This document shows, one piece after another, positions 38,200 to 49,943 of a stretch of DNA of 64,000 bases; the stretch's first letter is position 1; each line of letters starts with the position of its first letter. The stretch is from Centroscyllium fabricii. Taxonomy: Eukaryota. A program made the position numbers and the translations under genes. The notes beneath the pieces are model-generated. The model was not told the origin of the DNA. It ran no database searches and worked only from the letters and a program-made list of their open reading frames with translations. The DNA lies in the NCBI GenBank assembly GCA_051313645.2, contig JBNRSN020000007.1:253084001-253148000 (forward strand), in the 5' to 3' direction.

Positions 38200-38600
38200 C
38201 ATAACATAATTCATCTCTGACCCTGCCTCAGCCTATCTGATGTTGAAACCCTCATCAATGCTTTGCCACCTCCAGACTCTGCTATTCCAATACCCCCCCC
38301 CCCCGGATGGCCTCCCATCCTTCACCATCCAGAAACTCTGCTGGTTGGTGCCTAACCTGCACCAAGTCCCATTCACCCATCAACCATGTGCTCACTGACT
38401 TATGTTGGTTCCCGATCTTCAAACACCTCCAATTTAAAATTCTCATTCATGTTTAAAATTCTCATTCTCATGTTCAAATCATTTCATGGCCTTGACCATC
38501 CCTCTCCCTCTAACCTCCTTCAAGCCTACAACCTCCGAGAACTCTGCGTCCCTCAGACTCTGACCTCTTGTACGTTATCCACTTCCTTCGCTCCATCACT
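38200..38600 (+). mobile_element. L2-like LINE fragment
   Basis: Homologous to 43530-43900 (GAAACCCTCATC, TTTAAAATTCTCA, TTCCATGGCCT). Confidence 0.65.
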
Positions 38601-38621
38601 GAGTGTCAGCTGTGACTCAGC

Positions 38622-39915
38622 TGCTTTTCAGTCAGAAGGTTCTGGGTTCAAGTCCCACTCCAAAGACTTGAGCACAAAAATTTAGGCTGACACTCCAGTG
38701 CAGTACTGAGGGAGTGCTGCACTGTCGGAGATGCTGAGCATGATTTTCCTCGGGCCATGAGGCGTGTTTCTGGGCAGGACTGCAGCGAAAATAGCAGAAA
38801 TGGGAGTCTGTGACCCCTCCTGCCGTCTTCCCACCTGCTTGTCAATTTCACCCGGCGGGTCCAGTCAGCCCGCCTCAGTCCTGCCCGGCATCGGCGGGGA
38901 TGCTCGTTAGGCTCATTAGGGGCCTTTAATTGGCATCGGTAATGCCATTTTAAGGGCCCCTTGCTACTTTGACCCTCTTCCCACCTAGAACCCATCTGGT
39001 GGGAACACCGCTGTTGAAAGCTGGTGGACACCCAATCGGCTGGGTGACTGCCACCTTCAAGGTATGGAAACAGCAGCCACACAGTGGCTTGCTGGCCTCC
39101 ACCATGCTGGAGGTGTAACTGGCACCCAAGGGTGCCGAACTTCAGTGCCCAAAGAACTTAAAATCACTTACCTGACAGCTGCGTCCCACTCACTCACAGA
39201 CAGCGTGCTGTGTCTGTGAAGCAAAGTGTCAATCACCCAGTGGATCAGTTTCTGTTTACATTCCACTGAAGCCACAGAGGCAGCCTTCTTAAAGCTGTCA
39301 CTCTTAGATTTGTGGTTTCATATGTTGACATAGCATTATGACATCATAATGCCCTGAAACCACAAAGAGAAAAAACAAGCCTATCAGTACAGCTACCAAT
39401 CATTGGCTCTACTGCAGACACAGGTCAAAGCCAGCCCAGTTTCTAGGCAAAATCCCTCAATTGCTAGCATCTTCCCACACTCGGGGACTTAATTGGCCAA
39501 TTAAGCCAAAATTGCAGGGGGCTTCCACACCCTTCAGAAAGTGGGAAGATCAAGTGATCAGTGGGGATCCCACCCATTTCCCACACCTCAGGAAAATCCT
39601 GCCCGCTGTCTTTCAGATGAGATGTTAAACCGAGGCCCGTCTGCCCTCTGGGGTGGACATAACAGATTCTATGGCACTATTTTGAAGAAGAGCAGGGGAG
39701 TTATTCTGGCCAATATTTATCCTTCAATCAACATCACTAAACCAGATTGTCTGGTCATTATCACATTGCTGTTTCTGGGAGCTTGCTGTGTGCAAATTGG
39801 CTGCCGCGTTTCCGACATTACAACAGTGGCGACACTTCAAAAAGTACTTCATTGGCTGTAAAATGCTTTGGGACGTCCGGTGGTTGTGAAAGGCGCTATA
39901 GAAATACAAGTCTGT
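38622..39915 (+). mobile_element. DeuSINE split by a TIR element (about 38736-39604)
   Basis: tRNA-like head GGGTTCAAGTCCC at about 38644; body resumes at GCTGTCTTTCAGATGAG (39605); the insert ends are GCATGATTTTCCT / AGGAAAATCCTGC. Confidence 0.7.
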
Positions 39916-40233
39916 CTGGCTTTCTATCTTTACCATTGCTAGCTGTGCCATCAGTCATCTAGGCTCTAAGTTCTAATTCCCTCTCTCTTTGACCAAGCTT
40001 TTAGTCTCTTTGATCTCCTCCTTTTGGCTTGGTGGTCGTTTTTGTCTAATTGCACTTCTGTGAAGTGCCTTGGGACCTTTTCCTATGTTAAAAGATGCTA
40101 TATAAATGTAAGTGTTTTTTGTTATCTGCAACCCTTCTCGGAGAAAGGATTTTTGTCTTGAAAAACAGATTTATTGTAGGCTCCAAAATGCCGGAAAATG
40201 CACCAATTCAAGTTTTAAAAATCAGTTTTTGGG

Positions 40234-40627
40234 ATAGAAACTAGGAGCAGGAGTAGGCCATTCGGCCCTTCGAGCCTGCTCCGCCATTCAATGAGATCAT
40301 GGCTGATCACCCAAACACAGTACCCCGCCCCTGCCCTCTCCTCATATCCCTCGATCCCTATCGAGCCTCCATCGACACATATCCCACCCTATCCCCGTAA
40401 CCCCACATATTTAATCCCCCTAACACTAAGGGTCAATTTATCCTGGCCAATCAACCTAACCCGCACATCTTTGGACTGTGGGAGGAAACCGGAGCACCCG
40501 GAGGAAACCCACGCAGACACGGGAGAATGTGCAAACTCCACACAGATAGTACCCGAGGCTGGATTTGAACCCGGGTCTCCAGTGCTGTGAGACAACAGTG
40601 CTAACCGCTGTGCTACCATGCCGCCCT
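40234..40627 (-). mobile_element. V-SINE (HE1-like)
   Basis: Reverse complement of the 8843-9243 element. Confidence 0.9.
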
Positions 40628-41445
40628 GGGATGTCCTCAGAGAGCACTACAAAATAAAACTCGTGCCTTTGCCATTTACATTCCCTTTCAGCAATTTCTA
40701 AATCCACCAGTGCTGCAAACTGTTTGTTCTTCTGCAATAAGTGATCGAACGTTGGGTATCTGCCGCTTAAGTTATGATGAGCCCGTGCCTAAACTGCACT
40801 TTCAGTCTAACTTCTTGCTCTCATGCAGCATAATGCCTATATTCAGGGCTGTGCCAGCATTTGGTTGAAGCTCTTGGTCAACTTTTACTGGTTTCTAGAT
40901 TGACATGCAAGAGCCCATCCTCACCCACTCCTCAGCTACTTCTCCTCCTTACTGGCTCATTCCCCAACCCTGGGAACAAGCAAAAGTTCCAAACTTATCA
41001 ATCCTCCATACAATGCATGAATTGCAAGTAAACTGCAATGACTTGAGTGTGTATAATATTGGGTTCAATAGAAACCTGTCACTTAAAATGTTGCTTTGCC
41101 AATTTAAGTTCAGAATAGCTTTTTTGAAACTAATCCTATTGATGGCTGGAATCTTGTCTCCAGTGCAGCAGGATTGTGTGATTTGTTTACTCCACGCTGG
41201 GGAAGTTGCTTTACAATACAAGGTGAGAAAAGACTGTTTGGTTCATCAAAGCTTATTCCTCTCTGACATTAATTGTCCATTTCCCTTCTCCCAGTCGCTA
41301 TGCACCAATTACATGTAGAATAGAAATATTAAACCAAGGACTGCGGCCTGGCTGAGATCACACTCCAGCTCTGTTTGGGAAGTGCATGTAACTGTTACTG
41401 TACAGTATCCTATGACTTGATAATGTCTAGACCTCTACTTATGCA

Positions 41446-41663
41446 AATGCAAGAAGTCACACAACACCAGGTTATAGTCCAACAGTTTTATTTTAAATCA
41501 CAAGCTTTCGGAGCGCTGCTCCTTCCTCAGGTCACTTCACCTGAGGAAGGAGCTGCGCTCCGAAAGCTTGTGATTTAAACTAAAACTGTTGGACTATAAC
41601 CTGGTGTTGTGTGACTTCTTGCATTTGTCCACCCCAGTCCAACACCGGCACCTCCACATCATG
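41446..41663 (+). mobile_element. Palindromic Penelope-like mini-insertion (family A)
   Basis: 89-bp inverted arms (41444-41532 / 41539-41627), unique 3' tail, 12-bp TSD TCTACTTATGCA (41434, 41664). Confidence 0.85.
41537..41573 (+). ncRNA. Minimal type I hammerhead ribozyme (Penelope-associated)
   Basis: UCAC-CUGAGGA-A-GGAGC(UGC)GCUCC-GAA-AGCU-U-GUGA: intact core, 4-bp stem I, 5-bp stem II, palindromic AGCU in place of stem III. Confidence 0.72.
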
Positions 41664-41719
41664 TCTACTTATGCAGACACAGCCCTAGACACTCAGACTT
41701 GAGGACATTGAAGTCATGG

Positions 41720-41957
41720 CAGTTAGGTTGATTGGCCATGATAAATTGACCCTTGGTGTTTGGGGGATTGAATGTGTGGGGTTACGGGGATGGGGTGGGA
41801 TATGTGTCGGTGCAGGCTCGATAGGGATCGAGGGATAAGGGAAGGGGGCAGGGGCAGGGTGCTGGGTTTGGATGATCAGCCATGATCTCATTGAATGGCG
41901 GAGCAGGCTCGAAGGGCCGAATGCCCTACTCCTGCTCCTATCTTCTATGTTTCTATG
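41720..41957 (+). mobile_element. 5'-truncated V-SINE
   Basis: Matches the 3' half of the 8843-9243 element. Confidence 0.85.
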
Positions 41958-42944
41958 GCAGAAATTAGCGCTACATGAAGTGTGTGTATCTGTATGTGAG
42001 CACAGTTTCATTAGAGAAACAGCTGGGAGATATTGACGGCAATCAAATGAAGAGGAAACTGATTAATGTAATACAAACCATTTTCAGTAACTTGTCCATC
42101 CCTGGACTAGATATTTGCACCAACTTTTCTGTCAGCAAGGACACAAGATTTCAGGCACCTTAGTTCTGCAAGAAATTAAATTTAAGCAACTCCCATGACT
42201 TACAATAACCACGTGAGACTTGGATTACTGCTGCTAAACAAAGCCTTGCTAACAGTGAGCATATACGGCTTTCCCCTCTGCTGAACTATCAAAAAATACA
42301 ATTAGCAACTTGCAGTCATGTGCAGGCAGATATCTGAGCACTTCATGGTGGTCAAAAGGACATAGAAATATGAACAAGATGCTTGCCTCCATCGCTGTCG
42401 GGCATCACAGGACATTGACAGAATTATAATTTTTTTTAAATTGCACTTTATAAACCAAAATATCCCTGCATCACAAATGTCAACTTTACTGCAGACAAAG
42501 GTTAAGGATAAAGCCAAAAATGCATACCCTCTACCTATCTTAAGATGTGCTCCAGAAACATCCTGATTTTAAATTAATTTGGCTTATTGATATATGAAGA
42601 GCTGTGCCCTGAGTCAGCTTAATGCATGACCAAGAATACAAATCAACCCATTATAGCAAACTTATAAAAAGTTCCTGTCAGATTGACATCGGTGGTTAGA
42701 GAATGGACACCTGAAGCTTTGTCCTATTAATTATTTCAACAGTGCGAAATTTGGAAATGTAGGAAGCATGTAATGTAAATAGCATTTTTCTCACTGTTAA
42801 CATTTTTTTTTAAATATCTGTAATGAGATGAAAATAGCAACCTGTAGTGAGATGAGAGTATTTTGGGGCAAATAAATGAGTGGCATGGGGGAGGGGTGTG
42901 AGGGCAGGCGGGGGGCGGAACTATCTATTCCTTTGAAAAAACTA

Positions 42945-44125
42945 ATCCTCATCCTTCTCGACCTGTCTGCAGTCGTTAACATAGTTGACCACACCACCAT
43001 CCTCCAATGTCCCTCCTCCGTTGTCCGGCAGGGTGGGATTGCCCTCGCCTGTTTCCATTCTTATCTGTCCAGTGTTAGCCAGAGAATCTCCTGTAGTGGA
43101 TTCACTTCCTGCTCCCGCACCATTCCCTCGAGTCCCCCAAGGATCTATCCTTGGCTACTTCCTATTTCTCATCTACATGCTGCCCCTCGTTAACATCACT
43201 TGAAAACACATCAGATTCCACATGTACACTGACACCCAGCTTTAGCTCACCGCCACCTCTCGAACCCTCCACTACCCCTGATTTCTCCCATTATTTGTCC
43301 AGCATCCAGTATTGGATGAGCTGAAACTTCCTACAATTAAATATTGGGAAGACCAAAGCCATTGTCTTCAGTCCTTGTCACAGACTCCACTCCTCTCCCT
43401 GGCCATTGTCTGAGGGTAAACCAGACTGTTCACCACTTCAGCATCCTATTTGACCTTGAGCTGAGCTTCAACCCCATATCCTCTCCATCACCGAGACTGC
43501 CTCCTTCCACCTCCTAATACCGCCTATCTCCACCCCTGCTTCAGCCTATCTGCTGCTGAAACCCTCATCCATGCTTTTGTTACCTCCAGACTCGACTATT
43601 CCAATGCTCTCCTGGTCAGCCTCCCACCCTTTATAAACTTCAGCTCATCCCAAAACTCTGTTGCCGTATCCTAACTCACACCAAGTCCCGTTCACTCATC
43701 ACCCCTGTGCTCGCTGACCCTACATTGGCTCCCATCCAGCAATGCCTCAAATTTAAAATTCTCCTCCCCATGTTCAAATCCTTCCATGGCCTCACCCCTC
43801 CTTATCTCTGTAACCTCCTCCAACCCTACAACCCTCTTAAATCTCTGCATTCCTCCAACTCTGGCCTCTTGTGCATCCCTGATTTTCATTGCCCCACCAT
43901 TGGTGGCCGTGCCTTCAGCTGCCTGGGCCCCAAGTTCTGGAATTCCCTCCCTAAACCTCTCCACCCCTCCTCCTTTTAAAATGCTCCTTAAAACTTACCT
44001 CTTTGACCAAGCTTTTGGTCATCTGTCTTGATATCTTTGTGGCTCGGTGTTAAATTTTGTTAACGCTCCTGTGGAGCCCTTTGGGATGTTTTACTAAGTT
44101 AAAGGTGCTATATAAATGCAAGTTG
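42945..44125 (+). mobile_element. L2-like LINE 3' fragment
   Basis: LILLDLSA..VDH, VPQGSILG..FLIYMLPL, FWNSLP, LKTYLFDQAF; AAAGGTGCTATATAAATGCAAGTTGTTGTT tail. Confidence 0.85.
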
Positions 44126-44871
44126 TTGTTGTAATACATTACCAAAAACAAGCAGCTACAGTATTTATTTATAGTCATTAGATTAAAATGCGCAGACTTC
44201 TCTCCAAAGCTTTTATCTCTGCAACCACTTTCGGTCCTATGAGTTAGCCCATGCCCTCTCCTCTGCCGATTCTGGTTACCTCTGTGTAACTGTCTCTCTC
44301 TCACTCCCTTTTGTTCAACTGATGCAGTCTTCAGCCACCTGGGCCCTACACTCTGGAACACTCTTCTCTTAAACCCATCCACCTTGCTACCTTTCTTCCC
44401 AGCTTCAGAAGTTCTTCTCAAATCCTCCTACTTTGACCCTATCTTCAGTGGTCTACCATCATTTTTCTACTACTGCTCAGTCTCTGTTGCACCTCCTGAA
44501 GTGCTTTGGGTATGTACTGAGTTAAAGGTGCTATATAAATGCAAGTTGTTTTCACGAGTTATAGCATATTTCATACACTTACGCTGTGCTGTTTACCTAC
44601 AGCCTTTTAAAATTCGGTCCACTTTTTGTTCCACATTGTGTATCAAATTTTCTTTTTAAGATCCCAATATCTCCTAGTCAGTCTGCATTTATTGGGAAAC
44701 ACACAGATTTTGCTGCCAATGCACTAATTGTCAATGTGGAATTTTCCATAAAAATTTGCTTTCTTTAAAAATAGCTTTTCAGGCTAAAAGCAATCTGCCA
44801 AGTAGTGCACACGACAGGGGGAATCCTGTATGTAAACATAATTTCACACCACGTCTGTTTCAATTTGTCTG

Positions 44872-45048
44872 AATGCAAGAAGTCACACAACACCAGATTA
44901 TAGTCCAACGGTTTTATTTTAAATCATAAGCTTTCGGAGCTTCTGCTCCTTCCTCAGGTGAAAAAGACCTCTACATTAAGGTGAAAAAGAGACTGACTTA
45001 AACAACGCACATGTGCGATGAGGAGAGAAATCTGATATCCCCCCCCCA
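44872..45048 (-). mobile_element. Penelope-like mini-insertion (family A) with hammerhead motif
   Basis: 12-bp TSD TCAATTTGTCTG (44860, 45049); minus-strand CTGAGGAAGGAGCAGAAGCTCCGAAAGCTT within 44924-44961. Confidence 0.75.
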
Positions 45049-45306
45049 TCAATTTGTCTGGTACACTGCCATTTCCCCACTTCTATTCATGAAAGGAAAT
45101 TCTGAACCACTGGAAAAATCACAGTGTACTAAAGACATCTGGTGGTAGTGAAGAGGTACTCCATTTAGGTACAAATCTCCCCACGCGAATGTCGACATCA
45201 GGACAATAGCCTTTAGGAAATTGCAGCATTTATAATTGTAAACCCGAGGTTACACGGCAGATGGAATGAAATGGCTGCATAAACTTGGTTGTTTTAGCCA
45301 GATATT

Positions 45307-46341
45307 GGGCCAGAAATTCAGGTTGGAGGCATCCCGCGAGTGAAAGCCTCCAACCCACACTTACGGAGCGCACAGAAGTTTCTCCTCTTCTGGGATTTGA
45401 AATCCCGATTTCTGGCTGAGCTGTAAGCCCCCTGCGCCGCGCTGAGGCAACTCAACGGCGCAGATAGTGGGGAGTTCCACGCGGGACCACGTGGAGCCAA
45501 TCGGAGCAAAGAATGCTCCATTCATAAGTTTGACAGTGTAGGGGTTATCCAACCTCCTACCTAAAGTTTTTACCAAAGAGAATCAGTGCACCAGAGCACG
45601 GGTAAAACAGGTCTTTAATCTTGAACTCCATACAACGACTGTTGGAAAAGAGCGCGAAAGCGCAAAGCAGTGTGGGAAAAGAGATGGACAGTTCCTTAGG
45701 CCACTCGGGAACCAGGACAGGGACGCCGGCTGCCCAATAGGGAAATGTAGGCGGGACCGACTGTGAAATGATGATTGTGGCTTAAAGGGAAGACCCAGGG
45801 ACTTCCCCGGGTAGCTACGTTGCAACAGACTAGATCTGTCAAACTTATGAAAAACAAGAGCCCCAAAAACACACTAAACATTTTTTTTTTTTTAATTTTA
45901 AACCTCACATTTTTCAAAATTACTATAACATAAAATGGGCTATTTTAAACAAAAAATAAAAATTTTCAAAAAATATTAATAGGCCTAAAAAACTACTTAC
46001 CTGACTTTAAAAAATTTTTAAATCAAAAACCTGTGGGGGAAAAAAACTTAAATTGAATAAAATAGACTTACTTGAAGAAATTGGCTCCTTGCGCTTGTAA
46101 AAAGGAGACGTAAATGCTTCAGTACTGACATGGAAAAAAAACTTTGAAAACTCGGAATTGCACCGCGCACCTCCTGGTGCGCAGGCCAACGCGCTGAAGC
46201 TGGTGACCCCCCCTCCCGGCCTTCATCGCAATTGCAGGTATCCCACGCATGCGCAGGAAATGGCGTCCACCAGCACTTCGGAGGGCTGCACGCATGAGTA
46301 CCCGCTCCGTACTCGCACGCTGCGGCCCTAATTTCTGGGCC
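45307..46341. mobile_element. Non-autonomous TIR element (Harbinger-like)
   Basis: GGGCCAGAAATT / AATTTCTGGGCC termini; interior homologous to 62510-63261. Confidence 0.7.
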
Positions 46342-46669
46342 ATAATGTTTTTTTGTTGTTTACCCAATTCCACTGAGCCACAGCATCAGGTGCCAAGTGA
46401 TGACATGTGGCACACAATGAGCCAGAATTTGCTGAAAATATAAAGGCACTGTATTAATGCGAAAATCAGCCAGCAACTTGTCGTGAGGAAGCGAGATGCT
46501 GTGAAGTGCGAATCGCCACAAGTTACTGGTCAATTTGCGCTGCTCGACCTTTAGCTTTGCGAAAATGGCATCTCCCATTTGACCACCCTGTGATTTTCAT
46601 TTAAGTTGCTGCATTTGCACATTAATTGCCTATTAAACTCGCCACTGAAAGTTAAGTCTAGTAATTAAC

Positions 46670-47219
46670 AACTTGTATTTATATAACGGCTTTAGCGTAA
46701 TAAAATGTCCCAAGACACTTCACAGGAGTGCTATCAAAAATGTTTTTGACACTGAGCCATATAAAGAGATGTTGGGGCAGATGACCAAAAGCTTGGTCGA
46801 AGAGGTAGGTTTTAAGGAGTGTCTTGAGGGAGGAAAGAGAAATAGAGAGGCGGAGAGATTTAGGGAGGGAATTCCACAGCTTAGGACCTAGGCAGCTGAA
46901 GGCACAGCTACCAATGGTGGAGCATTTAAAATCGGGGATGTTCAAAACTGCAGAATAGGTTGAGCGCAGAGGTCTAGGGGAATTATAGGGCTGGAGGAGA
47001 TTCGAGATAAGGAGGGGCGAGACCATGAAGGAATTTGAAAACAAGGATGAGAATTTTAAAATCGAGGTCTTGCTTATCTGGGAGCCAATGTAGGTCAGCA
47101 AGCACAGGGGTGAGCAGGACTTGGTGAGAGTTAGCCCAGGGACGGCAGAGTTTTTGATGACCTCAAGTTTATGGAAGGTAGAACTAGGGAGGCCGGCCAG
47201 GGGTGCATTGGAATAGTCA
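46670..47219 (-). mobile_element. L2-like LINE 3' fragment, probably inside a larger TIR element (about 46419-47842)
   Basis: ORF 46679..47101: CAFSCLGPKLWNSLP...LKTYLFDQAF. Confidence 0.8.
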
Positions 47220-47371
47220 AATGCACGAAGTCACACAACACCAGGTTATAGTCCCAACAGTTTTTGAAATCACAAGCTTTTGATTTCAAATAAAACTGTT
47301 GGAGTATAACCTAGTGTTGTGTGACTTCTTGCATTTGTCCACTCCAGTCCAACACCGGCACCTCCACATCA
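47220..47371 (+). mobile_element. Palindromic Penelope-like mini-insertion (family A), ribozyme core absent
   Basis: Arms of about 55 bp centred on CACAAGCTTTTGA; TSD TGGAATAGTCA (47209, 47372); same tail as the 41446 copy. Confidence 0.8.
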
Positions 47372-48544
47372 TGGAATAGTCAGTCAGTGCCCTTTTAACG
47401 TGATAATTGCCAATCAACCTCCCTTGCCCAGAAAGTGAACAATTATAAATATGGCATCTCATTCCTTCAGGTTGTGAATTTCTTTAGATTTTAAATGTTT
47501 TTTTTCTTTTGTCTCTCTCCTCTCGCAATCCCATCTTTCTCTCCCCCTCTCTATTTCTCTTTCTGCTCCTGATTTTGATGTTGAATTAACCTACGCTAAG
47601 TCACCCTCCTTCTCGGTCCTTTTTCTCTCTCTTTCTCAATCCTTAAATCTCATTAAGGAGCTGCAGTGTGTTTGCCCCATTGTTCACCAAGGTCCCGGAT
47701 GCCCTGGAGCCCTCGCTGCGCTGCTATCAGCTTGCACTTCCAGCAACTTTGTGGACAAAAAATTTGGTAACCTAACTGTGCACAAACAAGTCTAACTAAC
47801 TAATGGAGCATCCTGCGAGATACCCTACTCCAGAAAAATCCCATTATTACTATAGTACATTTCTGAGCTCCAGTATGGTAGCAATATTGATGGGAACAGC
47901 CATTTTAGCTCATTACCTTCTGTACTTCTTTAAGGTCAACTCTCTGTCTAGTTCGGAGTAAAGGGATGAAAATCTCTCAGCTGTAAAGCTCTCAATTGAA
48001 ATGGATTTGGCCATCTCAACCTGGTCTATCGTGACCACGAGTCATCTCAAAATTATTAAATTGGGGCCGGCAATTTCCTTGGTCCTTCTCCCGCTCTGCC
48101 AGTGTAACTTTGGTGCATGTAAATGGAGTTTCTGACTAATTTCCGTCAAAGTTATGGCAGTGGAACAGGAGCGGCCCCAAGAATATTCCCAGCCAATGTC
48201 TCACGCAGAGGCCATACATGTGGCTGGTGCAAGAGGTGGAAATGTCACACTAGGAAAAGGGGTCCTATTCCAAGGTTGTATTGGGGAAGATTGCTGAGGC
48301 AGAATGGTGAGAGCTTTATTCTACATCTGGTCTGTTATACCTGATATTAATGTGCTTTATACTGTGTCCTCTTGCAAAGTACCATGAACATGGTATTCTA
48401 TGACCTGCCACCACCCTCATTTTTCTTGTTGATCGCCTTCCCATCTGCTTTGGTCCGCCTGTCTCTTGTCCCATGGCTGATTTTCTTGGCCCCATCACCT
48501 ATTTTCTATGATCAATCACGTCCCACTTCTTCCTGTACTGAGTC

Positions 48545-48940
48545 ATAGAAACATAGAAGATAGGAGCAGGAGTAGGCCATTCGGCCCATCGAGCCTGCTC
48601 CGCCATTCAATGAGATTATGGCTGATCATCCAAACCCAGCACCCCGTCCCTGCCCCGTCCCCATATCCCTCTCGAACCTGCACCGACCCATATCCCACCC
48701 TATCCCCGTAACCTCACCTATTTAATCCCCCTAACACTAAGGGTCAATTTATCCTGGCCAATCAACCTAACCCGCACATCTTTTGGACTGTGGGAGGAAA
48801 CCGGAGCACCCGGAGGAAACCCACGCAGACACTGGGAGAATGTGCAAACTCCACACAGATAGTACCCGAGGCTGGATTTGAACCCGGGCCCCTGGCGCTG
48901 TGAGGCAACAGTGCTAACCACTATGCCACCGTGCCGCCCA
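48545..48940 (-). mobile_element. V-SINE (HE1-like)
   Basis: Reverse complement of the 8843-9243 element. Confidence 0.9.
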
Positions 48941-49310
48941 TGTCTTAACCTGGTCACCGCTGCTGCTCTACTGACCTCTCCTACTCCTGCCCCATGATTG
49001 AATTATTCCTGGATATACCTGTGACTTTGTTTGACATCTGCACCAATCAGGGCTCTTGCTGGTTCTCCCAGAGCAGTAATCCATCCTGCCCCATTTCCCG
49101 ACCACAGTGCAAAGCCCACCCATCTCTCCCTTCTGGAAACACATTACTCCAATTTTCTCTTTCCTGCCCCATTCCCCAATCACTTCTATTGCCCATCCAA
49201 TCTGCATTGCTTTGCAGAATGTCTGCTCTCTTGCAAATAAGGTTGCCATTATCCACAACTTCATTCTAGGGGTACTCAGCAGGCCAGGCAGCATCGTTGG
49301 AGAGAAATAG

Positions 49311-49346
49311 AGTCGACGTTTCGGGTTCAGACCCTTTATCAAAACT
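49311..49346 (-). ncRNA. Minimal hammerhead ribozyme, U3-A8 core variant
   Basis: AGUU-UUGAUAA-A-GGGU(CUGA)ACCC-GAA-ACGU-C-GACU; GUC cleavage triplet. Confidence 0.62.
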
Positions 49347-49730
49347 AAAGTAGGGGAATGAAACACAAGCAGGAAGACGGGGTGGGGGGAAAGGAGGAAA
49401 GGAACAAGGAAAGACAGCACAAAGAGAAAAGACTTAGACGAGATTCTGTGGACAGGAGACAGTAGTTGATTCAGTGTGAAAAACTCTGGCAGAACAGCGG
49501 TGGCTGCCACGATAGAGAAAAGAAAGGCCAAATAAACATCAGAAAATGCTGGAAAAACTCAGCAGGATAAAGAGGTATATAATGGGAGCCGGAGTTATGA
49601 TCTGAAATTGTTGAACTCGATGTTGAGTCCGGAGGGCTGTAAAGTGCCTAATCGGAAGATGAGGTGCTGTCTTTCCTTGTTCCTCCCGCCCCGTCTTCCT
49701 GCTTGTGTTTCATTCCCCTACTTTAGTTTT

Positions 49731-49943
49731 AATGTGGAGGTGCCGGTGTTGGACTGGGGTGGACAAATGCAAGAAGTCACACAACACCAGATTATAGTCC
49801 AACAGTTTTATTTTAAATCACAAGCTTTCGGAGCTTCTGCCCCTTCGTCAGACTCTCTTTCACCTGACGAAGGGGCAGAAGCTCCGAAAGCTTGTGATTT
49901 AAAATAAAACCGTTGGACTATAATCTGGTGTTGTGTGACTTCT
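49731..49943 (-). mobile_element. Palindromic Penelope-like mini-insertion (family A) nested in family B
   Basis: Inverted arms at about 49771-49851 / 49864-49944; TSD TACTTTAGTTTT (49719, 49944). Confidence 0.85.
49860..49897 (+). ncRNA. Minimal type I hammerhead ribozyme
   Basis: UCAC-CUGACGA-A-GGGGC(AGAA)GCUCC-GAA-AGCU-U-GUGA. Confidence 0.72.

Noticed and set aside
41444-41627. Hairpin as a pre-miRNA or DNA-transposon MITE
   Set aside because: The asymmetric tail, 12-bp TSD, hammerhead core and linkage to a GIY-YIG C-terminus in another copy point to a Penelope-like retroelement.
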